A stretch of DNA of 63,433 nucleotides, counting the filler. It is 5 parts of 5 records of this genome, joined end to end, with 100 filler letters (N's around TTAATTAATTAA, not from the genome) between each part and the next. Parts side by side here need not be neighbours in the genome. Positions count along the whole stretch, not along the records: positions 27,537 to 51,873 come from DRR723986_2458; 4 more parts are not named here. One strand, written 5' to 3'. The first letter of the stretch is position 1. The number at the start of each line of letters is the position of its first letter. Below are positions 39,654 through 50,349 of the stretch, one piece after another. The translations under genes and the position numbers were made by a program. Below the pieces are notes generated by a model. It did no database searches, was not told where the DNA came from, and saw only the letters and a list, made by a program, of their open reading frames with translations.

Positions 39654-39775
39654 TTTGATTTCCTTATTTGTTGCGGATGGCTACCCCCGCAACGGCGAAT
39701 TGGCAAGTCTAAATTGATTTAGTGACAAGGGTTTGGGCAGAGATGAGCCGCAGGCGCTTTTAGCAGACGGCTGAT

Positions 39776-40864
39776 TTAGCTGTGATGACTGTGGCTATGC
39801 TTGGTCATGGAGTGCGGCAAAAGCATACCAAAAAAACTACGTGCGCCGGTGTGTGTTAGCACGCCCACAAGAATGACCATCCAGAGCATATACAGCATCG
39901 TTACTTGACCCGGCACCGGCAAAATTTGTGGCCATAGCATGGTAAGCAGCGCGCTTCCTATCCAAAGCATTAAAGTCCATGGCATAATTTGCTGCACGCG
40001 CTTATAGCTGCATTCCCATGTTGCATTCATTTTGCCGTAAACGCCAAAAGCAACGATCATGAGCAGGGCAATGGGGGCAACAAGGCTGCCCGTTAATGCC
40101 ATCAGGTCAACCAAATGCTGTAAGCTGTGAGTGTGAACTGACGTGTCAGGCATGACCGGGCTATGATCATAATAATGCGATGCGATAAGCGCCATAACAA
40201 ACAAAATACCACAGGCGGTGCCAACACGGTGCGACGGCGCCGATTTTTCATTAGGGGCGTGTTTATGATCGCCGACCGGGTGCATCACCACATGCAGTAA
40301 TGACCCTGCGGCAAAGGCCTGCCAATAGCCTGCTAGCGGGATATCATACCATTCGCCTGCGAATAGAACCATAAAGTAGGCTACCAGTGTCATCACGCCC
40401 ATGGCGGCTAGCACGGCAAACCCTCCAACAGAGGTCAGGATAGGGCGTAGTAACCACCATACGGCGATGGCTACACCAACTCGGTGCAATAAAATGCCTG
40501 TTGCTACAAACGAACCATGAACACTGTCGCGAGCATAGGCCAATATAACCCCGTCGCTGGCAGCATGAATAATCAGGGCTAATGTTGCTACCAGCATGAC
40601 AATACGGTGGGTAATTTCTTCGGTTTTATAAAATAGAAATTCAGAAGCCCACGGTAGAATGAAGCCCAGAAAGGCAATGCCCAGTGCTAGAAGCCCACCA
40701 TGGCTTAGCGCCTCGGGCAGTAGCGTCAGAATAATTAAACCAAGCACCGTGATTAAGACAAAACCATCGATCCCGCCCTTAAGGGCAGGCATGCGTTGCA
40801 CCAGCCGCGCCAACAAGGGTGCGGCAAGTAAAACAAGAGCCGATAATATGACAACAATTGTCAC
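39776..40864 (-). CDS. Multi-pass membrane protein, ZIP-like putative metal transporter
   Basis: IIHAASDG and LLHRV intramembrane His motifs, AFAAGSLLHV, His-rich loops and tail (HSHSHHS). Confidence 0.6.
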   Translation of the reverse strand: MTIVVILSALVLLAAPLLARLVQRMPALKGGIDGFVLITVLGLIILTLLPEALSHGGLLALGIAFLGFILPWASEFLFYKTEEITHRIVMLVATLALIIHAASDGVILAYARDSVHGSFVATGILLHRVGVAIAVWWLLRPILTSVGGFAVLAAMGVMTLVAYFMVLFAGEWYDIPLAGYWQAFAAGSLLHVVMHPVGDHKHAPNEKSAPSHRVGTACGILFVMALIASHYYDHSPVMPDTSVHTHSLQHLVDLMALTGSLVAPIALLMIVAFGVYGKMNATWECSYKRVQQIMPWTLMLWIGSALLTMLWPQILPVPGQVTMLYMLWMVILVGVLTHTGARSFFGMLLPHSMTKHSHSHHS

Positions 40865-41031
40865 AGGTTTATTTCCAAAGTTAGGCCTGCTGTGAGGTGT
40901 GTTTCTCTCAGACAGGTTATAATATCACAATATGCGGGGATACGGCAAATTTACAAGGGTCACAAGCATAATGTGATGAAATTAGCCGTAAATGTATGGA
41001 GTCGGGTCTTTTTGCAACGCAAATCGCAACC

Positions 41032-42042
41032 TTAGCCAATATACGTACCCACAAGTGTCTCCGGTGGATGGCCAAGGCCCAGCTTGAAACGGGCGATGGC
41101 TGCTTGCGGCCCGGTGTCCACCCCGCCCATATCCAGCCACTTTATACCGCGTTCTTTGAGGGCAATCATGGCAGTAAAAAGCACATGGTTTTGTGCGTTT
41201 AAACGACGGCCTGTCTCACCGGCCCATCCGATATGATACGTGGCACTGGTGCCGTGCAGTAAAAACAGAGCCCCGGCCACTTGTGTGCCGCCTTCGTGGG
41301 CTGTCACTGACATTAGGGGTGGGTGCTTGGCTGCCCTGCTGTATGCTGGCACAAGACCAAGCGGCACGGCGCTATATCCTCGGGCAGTGCGCTGGGAGCT
41401 TTCTTTCTCCAATAGCCAATTATAATGCTTAGGTTTGCTGCCGCCAACAGTGACCGTGATTTTGCTTTGTTCGGCTTTTTTTAGCTGGTTCCGCCAATTG
41501 CCTGCCAGCTTGCTGCGTAGTTCCGCCTCGCTGGCGGTAAGATCCAGCCAAATAGTGCTGATGCCGGTCATAATGCGTGTAAAACCAGCCCGTGTCATCA
41601 TGGCTTTGTTTTCTGGGGTGTCTGCCAGTTCCGGCATTAGTTGGAGGAATTCTTGCCGCCACGGTGAATAGTGTTTTCTCAAGTGCTTTAAGGCCGCAAT
41701 TTCTTCGTGCGGAGTGATTGCCTGAGCGAAAGACGGCCCGCGAAACCCCATGGTGAGACTGAGCGCGCCCAGAAATTTTCTTTCAAGCGCGAAACATTCC
41801 AACAGAACTGTTTCGCCTTGCAGCACTTGTATTAGCTTTGCCTGCGTACCAAAAGTTTGTAGCGCGGCCATATAATACGGGTGTTGTTGCAGGGGTACAC
41901 GTGTAGCACCGCCCTGCGTGTCAAGCGGCTGGTCTGTCGTAAAGCCAGCAACATTTATGTCAAACGGTGTGCGTCTCAAGCGGAAAAGGCCCTTTATGAT
42001 CAATTGGCAATCGCTTGCACTACCATACTGGCATGTTAGCAT
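41032..42042 (-). CDS. GNAT/FemAB-like acyltransferase
   Basis: LQQHPYY, WRNQLKKA, ATYHIGW, LDMGG, FKLGLG; start uncertain. Confidence 0.82.
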   Translation of the reverse strand: MLTCQYGSASDCQLIIKGLFRLRRTPFDINVAGFTTDQPLDTQGGATRVPLQQHPYYMAALQTFGTQAKLIQVLQGETVLLECFALERKFLGALSLTMGFRGPSFAQAITPHEEIAALKHLRKHYSPWRQEFLQLMPELADTPENKAMMTRAGFTRIMTGISTIWLDLTASEAELRSKLAGNWRNQLKKAEQSKITVTVGGSKPKHYNWLLEKESSQRTARGYSAVPLGLVPAYSRAAKHPPLMSVTAHEGGTQVAGALFLLHGTSATYHIGWAGETGRRLNAQNHVLFTAMIALKERGIKWLDMGGVDTGPQAAIARFKLGLGHPPETLVGTYIG

Positions 42043-42048
42043 GCGCGC

Positions 42049-42249
42049 ATGGCATTAGGACGCGGCAAGATAGAAACTGTCAAGGGCTACAGGTTGGCAC
42101 CGCCGCGCTTGACAGCGGGTGCAATTTGGGCAGCAACAAAATATTTGCTGCTGCCCTTTGTTGTTGTGCTAGGCGCGATAGATACCGCGCTTTATTTTTA
42201 TTTTAAAGAAGTGCTCGGCCAGTGTTACGGCATCTTCTGTTATTTTTGA
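42049..42249 (+). CDS. Small membrane hypothetical protein
   Basis: 66 aa with a TM segment and CYGIFCYF end. Confidence 0.6.
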   Translation: MALGRGKIETVKGYRLAPPRLTAGAIWAATKYLLLPFVVVLGAIDTALYFYFKEVLGQCYGIFCYF

Positions 42250-42250
42250 T

Positions 42251-43261
42251 TTATTCTTCGAAGGAAATGAGTTCCACAACGAATATCAGGGTTGCGTAGG
42301 GTGGAATGCCGCCGCCAGAACCGCGCTCGCCGTATCCAAGGTCGTAAGGAATATAAAGCTCATACTTTGAACCAGCATTCATAAGCTGTAGGCCTTCGGT
42401 CCATCCGCGAATAACCTGACTAAGTCCAAAGCTGATGGGCTCACCGCGTTTATAACTACTGTCAAATTCTTCGCCGTTTATTAGCTTGCCAGAATAATGC
42501 ACGGTTACAGTAGATGTGGCGGTGGGGTTGGGGCCTTCGCCGGCTTCCAGAACACGGTACTGCAAGCCAGAGTCGGTTGACTGCACCCCTTCTTTGCCTT
42601 TGTTCTGCTCTAGAAACGCCAATTGTTCGTCGCGGAAAGCAAGCGCCGCAGCCTCTGCTTCTTCTTGGCGCTGCTTCTGAACTTCTGCAGCCTGTTCGGC
42701 TGTCATTACGTCAATAAGTTCCAGATCAAAAATCAGCGTGCTGTTGCCAGGAATAACACCGCGGCCTGCGCCGTTTTCACCGTAGGCGAGCCCTGACGGG
42801 ATGGTAACTTCCCAGGTATCGCCAACTTTCATCAGCAAAAGCGCTTCGGTAAAGCCGGGGATCAACCGGCCCGCTGGGAATGTGGCAGGTTCACCACGCT
42901 CAATGCTTGAGTCGAAAACCTGCCCATCGATGAATCGACCACGGTAATGAACCGTTACAAAGTCTTCCGCAGTAGGTGACGCGCCGTCTCCAGCGTTGAG
43001 GACAAGATATTGCAAACCAGATTCGGTTGTTTGAACACCGTCTTTACTTAGGTTTGTTTCCAAATATTGCTGGTTCTCCAGCGCGTATGCTTCAGCCATT
43101 GTATGTGTTTCTTTCGCCGTGGGTGTTTCTGTGGGCAGGGTTGCCCCCTGCTCAGCGGCAGGATCAGATTGTGGGTCTTGTTCTTTGGTTGCCGAATCGT
43201 CGCTACATGCGGCGATGAAAAATACACTGGCAACTGCCATTGATCGAGTGATTGATATCAT
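42251..43261 (-). CDS. FKBP-type peptidyl-prolyl isomerase lipoprotein with two FKBP domains
   Basis: Lipobox IAAC; two copies of SGLQY..G.G..P..VTVHY.G..FDSS..RGEP..I.G.TE.L. Confidence 0.94.
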   Translation of the reverse strand: MISITRSMAVASVFFIAACSDDSATKEQDPQSDPAAEQGATLPTETPTAKETHTMAEAYALENQQYLETNLSKDGVQTTESGLQYLVLNAGDGASPTAEDFVTVHYRGRFIDGQVFDSSIERGEPATFPAGRLIPGFTEALLLMKVGDTWEVTIPSGLAYGENGAGRGVIPGNSTLIFDLELIDVMTAEQAAEVQKQRQEEAEAAALAFRDEQLAFLEQNKGKEGVQSTDSGLQYRVLEAGEGPNPTATSTVTVHYSGKLINGEEFDSSYKRGEPISFGLSQVIRGWTEGLQLMNAGSKYELYIPYDLGYGERGSGGGIPPYATLIFVVELISFEE

Positions 43262-43353
43262 AACGAAGGGTCCTGTTTAACTTTGGCGGCGACCCTAACG
43301 TCAGATAGGCCATAGGGAAAGAAAAAAGCGGTGAAGCGGCACACAAGAGATGC

Positions 43354-43698
43354 ATGCTGATCTGGGCCGTGGTAGCAATTAGGACACATACTGAAATGCA
43401 AGGGTGTTTTATGAAGGTAGATGACGCTATAATAGAGCGGGAAATATTGTTGCAAATTTCCAACGCTTTTAGCGTTGCACCGCGTGATGTGGCCGTTGCC
43501 ATAGCACCTGACGGGCAGGATTGGCGATCATTTTTACCGCGTATCAAGGCCATTTCTTTTCGTCTACACGGCGAAGGGCAATTGATTTTACTGCGTAAAC
43601 GCAAAAGTGTTTTACCCAGTGAACTTAAAGGGGTTTACCGCCTTGCTTCGCCCAAGGCCTATAAAGAGCTTTATCCTCAATCTGATAACGTATCATAA
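43354..43698 (+). CDS. Hypothetical protein (DUF3253-like, uncertain)
   Basis: PRDVA..WR..LRKRK..LKGVYRL; likely start at 43411. Confidence 0.6.
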   Translation: MLIWAVVAIRTHTEMQGCFMKVDDAIIEREILLQISNAFSVAPRDVAVAIAPDGQDWRSFLPRIKAISFRLHGEGQLILLRKRKSVLPSELKGVYRLASPKAYKELYPQSDNVS

Positions 43699-43724
43699 AC
43701 CTACATAAACAAGAGAAGGCTGTT

Positions 43725-44081
43725 ATGTCCTTTAACCCACCAATATTAGACCCCGCCGTTATCGGTCAATTGCGTAGTGATGTTGGTGCAGAGGCCATGC
43801 CGTCATTACTGGATGCATTGCGCCGGGAGTTTTCATCATCAATTGCTACCATAAGGGCGTCATTTGAGAAGGATGATTTTGCCTTGCTTGAAACCACGGC
43901 CCATGCGCTTAAAAGCTCGTCCGGATCTTTTGGCGCAGCGCGACTTAGTGATGCTTGCCTGAAACTTGAGGTCGCCGCGCGGGATAAAGCGGAACAAGAT
44001 GATGTGAAGTTACTGATTACCGGCGTAGAACAAGCAATCGTCGAAGTTGCCCCCTTGTTTGGCTTCAACAAGAAAAAATAG
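43725..44081 (+). CDS. Hpt domain protein
   Basis: AHALKSSSGSFGA..LE. Confidence 0.9.
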   Translation: MSFNPPILDPAVIGQLRSDVGAEAMPSLLDALRREFSSSIATIRASFEKDDFALLETTAHALKSSSGSFGAARLSDACLKLEVAARDKAEQDDVKLLITGVEQAIVEVAPLFGFNKKK

Positions 44082-44112
44082 GTGTAGGGTTTTCTTGGGG
44101 CGATTGAAAAAC

Positions 44113-44799
44113 TTAGAATTTGGTCATTTGGCCAATTTCAGCTCTGACCTCGGCAAGACCCCATGCTTTTTCACTGCTGGTTGCCAAAATGGTGGGGTGG
44201 CAGGCAACAAATTTAGCCGCATCTGCTTTCACTTTGGCCAACGTTTTTTCCCGGTCCGCTACTTTCAGCTTATCTAACTTTGTTAGCACCAGCTGGTAAT
44301 TCACCGCAGCCACGTCAAGCATGGTCATAATCTCGCGGTCGTTCTCCTTCAGGCTGTGCCGGCTATCAATAAGCAGCATAATGCGTCGCAGGGTTGGGCG
44401 TCCGCGTAGGTAATCTTTCACAAGCCGTGTCCAGGCGTGCACGCGCTTGCGCTCAATCTTGGCATAGCCGTAACCAGGCAGGTCAACCAGATAGGCAGGT
44501 TGACCCAACTCGCTGCCCATCTCGAAATAATTAAGTTCTTGCGTTCGGCCGGGTGTGTTTGATGTGCGCGCCAAGGTTTTGCGGCCGGTTAGCGCATTCA
44601 CCAAGCTTGACTTGCCCACATTGGAGCGCCCGGCAAAGGCAATCTCGGGCCTGTCTGCGTCGGGCAGGGTTTCCAGTGACACAGCCCCCATGACAAAAGA
44701 TACCTGGCCAGCAAATAAAAGCCGACCTCGGTTTAGGTCCTCGTCGCTATACGGTGTGTCACTATGCGGCGCGATTGCTTCTGGTGTATCAGTCATCAA
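44113..44799 (-). CDS. engB: GTP-binding protein YihA/EngB
   Basis: GRSNVGKSS, PGRTQ, DLPGYG, TKLDK. Confidence 0.96.
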   Translation of the reverse strand: MMTDTPEAIAPHSDTPYSDEDLNRGRLLFAGQVSFVMGAVSLETLPDADRPEIAFAGRSNVGKSSLVNALTGRKTLARTSNTPGRTQELNYFEMGSELGQPAYLVDLPGYGYAKIERKRVHAWTRLVKDYLRGRPTLRRIMLLIDSRHSLKENDREIMTMLDVAAVNYQLVLTKLDKLKVADREKTLAKVKADAAKFVACHPTILATSSEKAWGLAEVRAEIGQMTKF

Positions 44800-44817
44800 C
44801 TGCTTTCAAGGGCCAAG

Positions 44818-46560
44818 CTACTCGGGGTTGCGGGCATTTTCCCGGCGCATAATTAACCATTGTTGGCCGATGGTCAGTATGTTGTTCCATGTCCAGTATA
44901 ACACCAGCCCTGCGCTAAACTGCGCCATCACGAAGGTGAAGATAAACGGCAGCATACCCATTATTTTTTGCTGGGTTGGGTCCATTGCAGTGTTTGGTGT
45001 CATTTTCTGTTGAAGCCACATGGAAATACCCATCAAGATAGGTAGTACACCGACGGCTATTAGACTAGGCGGCGTAAACGGCAGCAAGCCAAACAGGTTC
45101 ACAGGCGTTAGCGGGTCTGCAACCGAGAGATCTTTAATCCAGCCAACAAAGGGCTGATGGCGCATTTCAATGGTGACATACAGCACTTTATAGAGTGCGA
45201 AGAAGATGAACATCTGCGGGATCAGCGGCAGGCAACCGGCCATAGGGTTAATTTTTTCTGACTTATATAATGCCATCATTTCTTGCTGCATTTTGGCTTT
45301 GTCATCACCGTAACGTTCTTGCAGCGCCTTAATTTTAGGCTGCGCCCGTTTCATATGCGCCATCGAGACATAAGACTTGTTGGCAAGCGGGAATAGGAAC
45401 AGCTTCAAAATTACGGTCATTACCAGGATGGCGACACCAAAGTTACCGGTTGCTTCATACAAGTAGTGAACGGTGGCAAAGATTGGTTTGGTGAGGAACC
45501 AAAACCAGCCCCAGTCAATTGTCAGGTCAAATTTGTCGATCGCATATTGCTCTGTATAGGCGTTAATAGCGCCAACAATTTTGGCGCCAGCGAACAACCG
45601 GCTGGTGGAGCTATGCACGCCGCCTGCGGCAACCGGGTTCCAATTTTGCACATAATTGACACGGTAAACTTCACCGTTGGCTGTGCGGCGGGTGATTTGA
45701 GACTGTGATAGCGGGGCGTTCTGGTCAGGGATAAGCACTGTCATCCAGAACTTATCTGTTATGCCCAGCCACGCGCGAGACGCACCCGACTGGAAGTCGC
45801 CGTCATCTTCCAGGTCGTCGTAATCAATTTCCTGCAACTCACCGTCAAAAACACCAATGGCCCCTTCGTGCAGGATATACAGACTTTGGGTATCTGGCTT
45901 TCCGTTGCGGCTGACATTGCCGTAGGGTGCGATCTGGATCAATTCGCCGCTGTTGTTTTGAACCAACTGTTCAATCGAGAACATAAATTGGTCATCGATA
46001 GAAATACGCATTTGGAATGTTACATTCTGCGGGTTAGTCCAGCTGAGTGTAACGGGCGAACTGGGCGTAAGCGTGCTGGTGTCAGCAGTCCATGCTGTGC
46101 CTGCACCGGGAACAAAGCCTTCACTTTGTCCGCGCGCTGTCCAGCCAAAGCTGGCGAAATACGCCCGTGCTTCACCGAATTCGGTCAAAAGACGCACTTC
46201 AGGCGAGCCTTCTTCTGAGGTTTCTTTGTGGTTTTTCAAGAGCAGATCGTCGATGCGGGCACCGCGCAGTGAGATAGACCCGGTTAGCTCAGGCGTATCA
46301 ATAGTGACACGGCCAGCATCCAAATAGGCAGGCGAACTTGCTACTTCGCTGGAAAGTGCATCAGGTGTTTGGCTCTGGCTCGCAGGTGCTACATCCAGTG
46401 GCTGGATTGTGTCTTGCTGCAGCTGGCGTTGTTGCTGCTCATAGCGCAGGCGTTCAGCATCCTTGGGGCCAAGATACAAAGCTTGATAGCCTAGTAAAAT
46501 GCCCAATGACAGCACTGCAAACAAAATGAAATTCTTATTGTCACCCATCGATCGAAACAT
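44818..46560 (-). CDS. yidC: Membrane protein insertase YidC
   Basis: IDWGWFWFLTKP, NPMAGCLP, WIKDLSVADP, LYWTWNN. Confidence 0.97.
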   Translation of the reverse strand: MFRSMGDNKNFILFAVLSLGILLGYQALYLGPKDAERLRYEQQQRQLQQDTIQPLDVAPASQSQTPDALSSEVASSPAYLDAGRVTIDTPELTGSISLRGARIDDLLLKNHKETSEEGSPEVRLLTEFGEARAYFASFGWTARGQSEGFVPGAGTAWTADTSTLTPSSPVTLSWTNPQNVTFQMRISIDDQFMFSIEQLVQNNSGELIQIAPYGNVSRNGKPDTQSLYILHEGAIGVFDGELQEIDYDDLEDDGDFQSGASRAWLGITDKFWMTVLIPDQNAPLSQSQITRRTANGEVYRVNYVQNWNPVAAGGVHSSTSRLFAGAKIVGAINAYTEQYAIDKFDLTIDWGWFWFLTKPIFATVHYLYEATGNFGVAILVMTVILKLFLFPLANKSYVSMAHMKRAQPKIKALQERYGDDKAKMQQEMMALYKSEKINPMAGCLPLIPQMFIFFALYKVLYVTIEMRHQPFVGWIKDLSVADPLTPVNLFGLLPFTPPSLIAVGVLPILMGISMWLQQKMTPNTAMDPTQQKIMGMLPFIFTFVMAQFSAGLVLYWTWNNILTIGQQWLIMRRENARNPE

Positions 46561-46600
46561 CCCTCAAAAGCAAATAGCCTCTTGCGGCTTTGCTCACTTA

Positions 46601-46915
46601 TTATACTGACGGGCCGCCATCCCTTTTGGGCGTAGCGGCCTTGTTGCTGCCTTGTGGCACAGGATCATAGCCAAATCCACCCCAAGGATGGCACTTGGAC
46701 ATGCGCTTTAGCGTTAAAAGCCCACCTTTCAGCCCACCGTGGCGTGAAATTGCTTCCACGGCATAGCTGCTGCACGTGGGCTGGAAACGGCACCGAGGCC
46801 CTAAAAGCGGTGATATTACAAGCTGATACAGGCGCACAAGCCCGAGAAAAAACAGCGCAAGCGGTGACTTGCGCCCGTCGTTGTCTTTGTCCAGTTGCTC
46901 GTGCTGCCGGGTCAA
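46601..46915 (-). CDS. yidD: Membrane protein insertion efficiency factor
   Basis: [29 protein letters not shown]. Confidence 0.95.
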   Translation of the reverse strand: MTRQHEQLDKDNDGRKSPLALFFLGLVRLYQLVISPLLGPRCRFQPTCSSYAVEAISRHGGLKGGLLTLKRMSKCHPWGGFGYDPVPQGSNKAATPKRDGGPSV

Positions 46916-46927
46916 GTTTTTTTCCTA

Positions 46928-47362
46928 TTATCGCTTGGGTACAGAGTTAACCTTGCGCTTTGAAGACTTTAAATCGGTATTCGATGCCAGTTTGGCAAGG
47001 GCCCAGCGCATATCTGCGCCCATTTTCTCGAAGGGATACGTACAGGCAATTGCCCGGCCAATGATAACAAAGTCCCATCCGGGGGGGGCTTTTGCTGGAA
47101 AATGAGCCCGTGCTGCTTCTTTCAGACGGCGGCGCGCACGCGAGCGCCTCACAGCATTACCGACTTTTTTAGAAACAGTAAAACCAACCCGCGCGGGTTC
47201 TGTTTTGTTCGCGTCGCTTAAGGCTGGTGCTTTTGCCTGCAAAATAAAACTGGGTGTTACCCACTTACGACCGGTTGCCGCGACAGCGAGATAATCGGGG
47301 CGACCAGTGATTCGTCCAATGTCTGTACCTGCCAAATTTTTTATTGAACCGGTTCGTCGCAA
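46928..47362 (-). CDS. rnpA: Ribonuclease P protein component
   Basis: VGFTVSKKVGNAVRRSRARRRLKE; rpmH-rnpA-yidD-yidC gene order. Confidence 0.95.
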   Translation of the reverse strand: MRRTGSIKNLAGTDIGRITGRPDYLAVAATGRKWVTPSFILQAKAPALSDANKTEPARVGFTVSKKVGNAVRRSRARRRLKEAARAHFPAKAPPGWDFVIIGRAIACTYPFEKMGADMRWALAKLASNTDLKSSKRKVNSVPKR

Positions 47363-47473
47363 CGCATCACCTTATAGTTTTATGAGCCTAAAACTAAAAA
47401 ACCGACCGGAAAATTCACGGTCGGCGTTTTAATCTGTTTACAGGCTGAAGGCGCAAGCCTCCAGATCAGCAAA

Positions 47474-47608
47474 TTAAGCTGAAAGGCGCTTACGACCCCG
47501 TGCACGACGTGCATTCAGGATACGACGACCACCAACAGTTGCTTTGCGCGCACGGAAACCGTGACGGCGTTTGCGAACCAGTTCACTTGGTTGGAATGTA
47601 CGTTTCAC
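47474..47608 (-). CDS. rpmH: 50S ribosomal protein L34
   Basis: GTG start, [28 protein letters not shown], 44 aa. Confidence 0.97.
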   Translation of the reverse strand: MKRTFQPSELVRKRRHGFRARKATVGGRRILNARRARGRKRLSA

Positions 47609-47923
47609 TTCATTTACTCCAGCTTTCGCCTTTTGTGCCCTGTATTTTCCGTGGGGCTCTACCGCCAAGATCAGTTGATCTGTTGGTGTGCCACCCTTTG
47701 AATTGCTTCAGGCTTAACGGCGTATCAAATTCGAGGGCGCTGTATACCGGCTTGTTTTGGGCAAGTCAACAACACAAAAGCAAGCTTTAGCGATGTTTTT
47801 TGACCATAAATACTTAGGCTTTAAGTATTGTCCGCACCGCTTTTCACGATGTCTATCACCCCGCTCGAGCGAATTGCTAGACAAAACGATAAGAACAAAT
47901 TGCGCTGGCCATCATAAAAAGTC

Positions 47924-49390
47924 GTGCCGTGGTACATTTGTTTACTTGCTTTTCCGGGCCGGATGGTCTTGAACACAAAGATCATGTCAGAGCATTATAG
48001 ACCGATTACATCCAGTTTACGTTCTCGCCTGCTTGTCCTCACATTTTTCTTTGTGATGGTGGTATCGGCGTTTGTCTATCTGCCATCCATCGCTACATTC
48101 CGGCAAGAGTTTCTGGAAAAAAGGCTGGAAAACGCCCAGATTGCGGCCCTTGCACTGGAAGAGCGCAGTGAAGGTGCCGTCAGCCCGCAGCTTGAAGAAC
48201 AACTGCTGGACAAGTCCGGCGTTATCGCGGTGATCATACAAAATCAGGAAAAAAGCTTATTTCTCGGGTTTAATTTAATGCCTGAAGAAGTGGATGCCAG
48301 CTTCGATTTACGCAATGTGTCGCTTGGCATGTTAATTGTTGATGCATACGGTGTGCTGGATTCTGGTGGTAACCGTGTGATCAGAGTTGTGGGCAAGCCC
48401 ATGGAGGCTCGTACCCGCTTGCTTGAGATCACAATGGACGAAGCCGAGCTTTATGAAGCGCTTCGGAATTATTCCAATAATGTGCTGGTTTTGGCGATTA
48501 TTGTCTCGTTATTCACCGGTATTCTGGTTTATTTAGCGCTGCATTGGATGTTGGTGCGGCCGATTCGCCGGGTGAAGGACAGCATTGTTTCATTCCGCCG
48601 CCGCCCGGAAGTGCCAACAAATCTTAAATTGGGCCGCAAACGGTCTGATGAAATTGGTTTGGTCCAACGCGAACTTGTCCACATGCAAGAAGAAGTGCGC
48701 CAGTCCCTTAAGCAGAAGAACAATCTTGCTGCTCTGGGCGAAGCTGTCACCAAGATTAATCATGACCTTAGAAATGTACTTGCAACGGCGCAGCTTGCGT
48801 CTGATGCCCTTCAAACTGTTGACCATCCGCGGGTACAGAAAGTGTCCCGGCGTTTGATGACGGCTGTCAGCCGCGCCATTGCGCTGTGTGAGGCCACAAT
48901 TCGACACGGTAAAGCCGAAGAACCCTTGCCGGAAAAAACAATGGTGCCGCTGCGCGACCTTGTTTTTGATGTTGCAGCTTCACTAGGACTGGTGGATGGC
49001 AGTAAGTTCAATTTTGAATGTGACATCGGTGAAGACTTCCATGTGTTTGTGGACAGCGAACAGATTCACCGGGTGTTGTTGAATTTGTGCCGCAATGCCG
49101 CTGAGGTGCAGGGGCCAGATGGCAGTATTGAAATTATTGCCGAAACTGACAGTGCGGGCACCAGCCATATTCGTGTGAAAGATAAGGGGCCGGGCATTCC
49201 AGAAAATGTCAGACCTAACCTTTTCAAAGCGTTTTTCTCCTCTGCAAAGGTTGGCGGTACAGGCCTTGGCCTCGCAACCGCGCGCGATATCGTTTTGGCA
49301 CATGGCGGCCAAATTGGCCTTGATACCACAGGGCCAGAAGGCACCACCTTTGTCATGTGTCTGCCCGGGCCAGATGAGGAGACAGCTTGA
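47924..49390 (+). CDS. HAMP-domain sensor histidine kinase
   Basis: Two TM, HAMP, INHDLRN, NLCRNA, DKGPGI, GTGLGL; likely start at 47984. Confidence 0.93.
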   Translation: MPWYICLLAFPGRMVLNTKIMSEHYRPITSSLRSRLLVLTFFFVMVVSAFVYLPSIATFRQEFLEKRLENAQIAALALEERSEGAVSPQLEEQLLDKSGVIAVIIQNQEKSLFLGFNLMPEEVDASFDLRNVSLGMLIVDAYGVLDSGGNRVIRVVGKPMEARTRLLEITMDEAELYEALRNYSNNVLVLAIIVSLFTGILVYLALHWMLVRPIRRVKDSIVSFRRRPEVPTNLKLGRKRSDEIGLVQRELVHMQEEVRQSLKQKNNLAALGEAVTKINHDLRNVLATAQLASDALQTVDHPRVQKVSRRLMTAVSRAIALCEATIRHGKAEEPLPEKTMVPLRDLVFDVAASLGLVDGSKFNFECDIGEDFHVFVDSEQIHRVLLNLCRNAAEVQGPDGSIEIIAETDSAGTSHIRVKDKGPGIPENVRPNLFKAFFSSAKVGGTGLGLATARDIVLAHGGQIGLDTTGPEGTTFVMCLPGPDEETA

Positions 49391-50310
49391 TGGTTGAATT
49401 TCGTGCCGTTGCAGGACCCACAGACAGCTTTACAGACGTTGAAGGCCTGAGCGTTGGCAGTGCACATCATGAGGTCGTACAATCGGGCGTTACGGTTATT
49501 CTTCCCGATGACCCCGTTGCCATGGGGGTAGATGTGCGCGGCGGTGGCCCCGGCACCCGCGATACCGATGCGCTTGACCCTACGTGTGTGGTGGAAAAAG
49601 TTCACGGGCTTGTTCTTTCGGGGGGGTCTGTGTTTGGCCTTGCGGCTGCTGACGGTGTCACCTGTGCTTTGTCAGCCTGCGGTATTGGACTGCCAATAAG
49701 TCCTCATCCTGTGCCGGTTGTGCCGTCAGCCATTTTATTTGACCTGGCTAATGGCGGCGACAAAAATTGGGGCGACACACCGCCTTACCGTGCATTGGGT
49801 CTGCAAGCTGCAGCAAATGCCGGGCAGTCTATTGAAAGCGGGCGGTACGGGGCCGGGTACGGTGCAACCGCCGGCGCACAAAAAGGTGGTTTGGGCACTG
49901 CTAGCTTGTGCCTGCCAGACGGCACCACCGTTGCGGCTTTGGTCGCGGTGAATAGCTTTGGTAGCGCTATCAACCCAGATAATCCGGACCATAATATTTC
50001 ACAGCACGGTGTGGTTGACCTGCCCAAGCTTGGTTTTGCGGGGGCTAATACCACAATCGCGGCAGTTGCCACCAACGTTACGCTGGATAAGGCAAGCTGC
50101 AAACGCTTGGCTCTTATGGCGCAAGATGGTTTTGCCCGGGCGCTACGGCCGATTCATACGCCGTTTGACGGCGACACCATATTTGCGCTGTCGACGGGCG
50201 CGCAGACGCCAGACATGGATAAGGGTGTTGCTATGGCTGTTCTGGGCACGTTGGCGGCTGACTGTGTTGTACGCGCGATAGAAAAAGCGATTGCAGCTTC
50301 CAACTCATAG
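49387..50310 (+). CDS. Peptidase S58/DmpA (P1) family protein
   Basis: DVRGGGPGTRDT, LSGGSVFGL, NTTI, HTPFDGD. Confidence 0.92.
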   Translation: MMVEFRAVAGPTDSFTDVEGLSVGSAHHEVVQSGVTVILPDDPVAMGVDVRGGGPGTRDTDALDPTCVVEKVHGLVLSGGSVFGLAAADGVTCALSACGIGLPISPHPVPVVPSAILFDLANGGDKNWGDTPPYRALGLQAAANAGQSIESGRYGAGYGATAGAQKGGLGTASLCLPDGTTVAALVAVNSFGSAINPDNPDHNISQHGVVDLPKLGFAGANTTIAAVATNVTLDKASCKRLALMAQDGFARALRPIHTPFDGDTIFALSTGAQTPDMDKGVAMAVLGTLAADCVVRAIEKAIAASNS

Positions 50311-50349
50311 TATTTGTATAGAAACCGGGCCTGTTCTTCAGGTGTCCTG

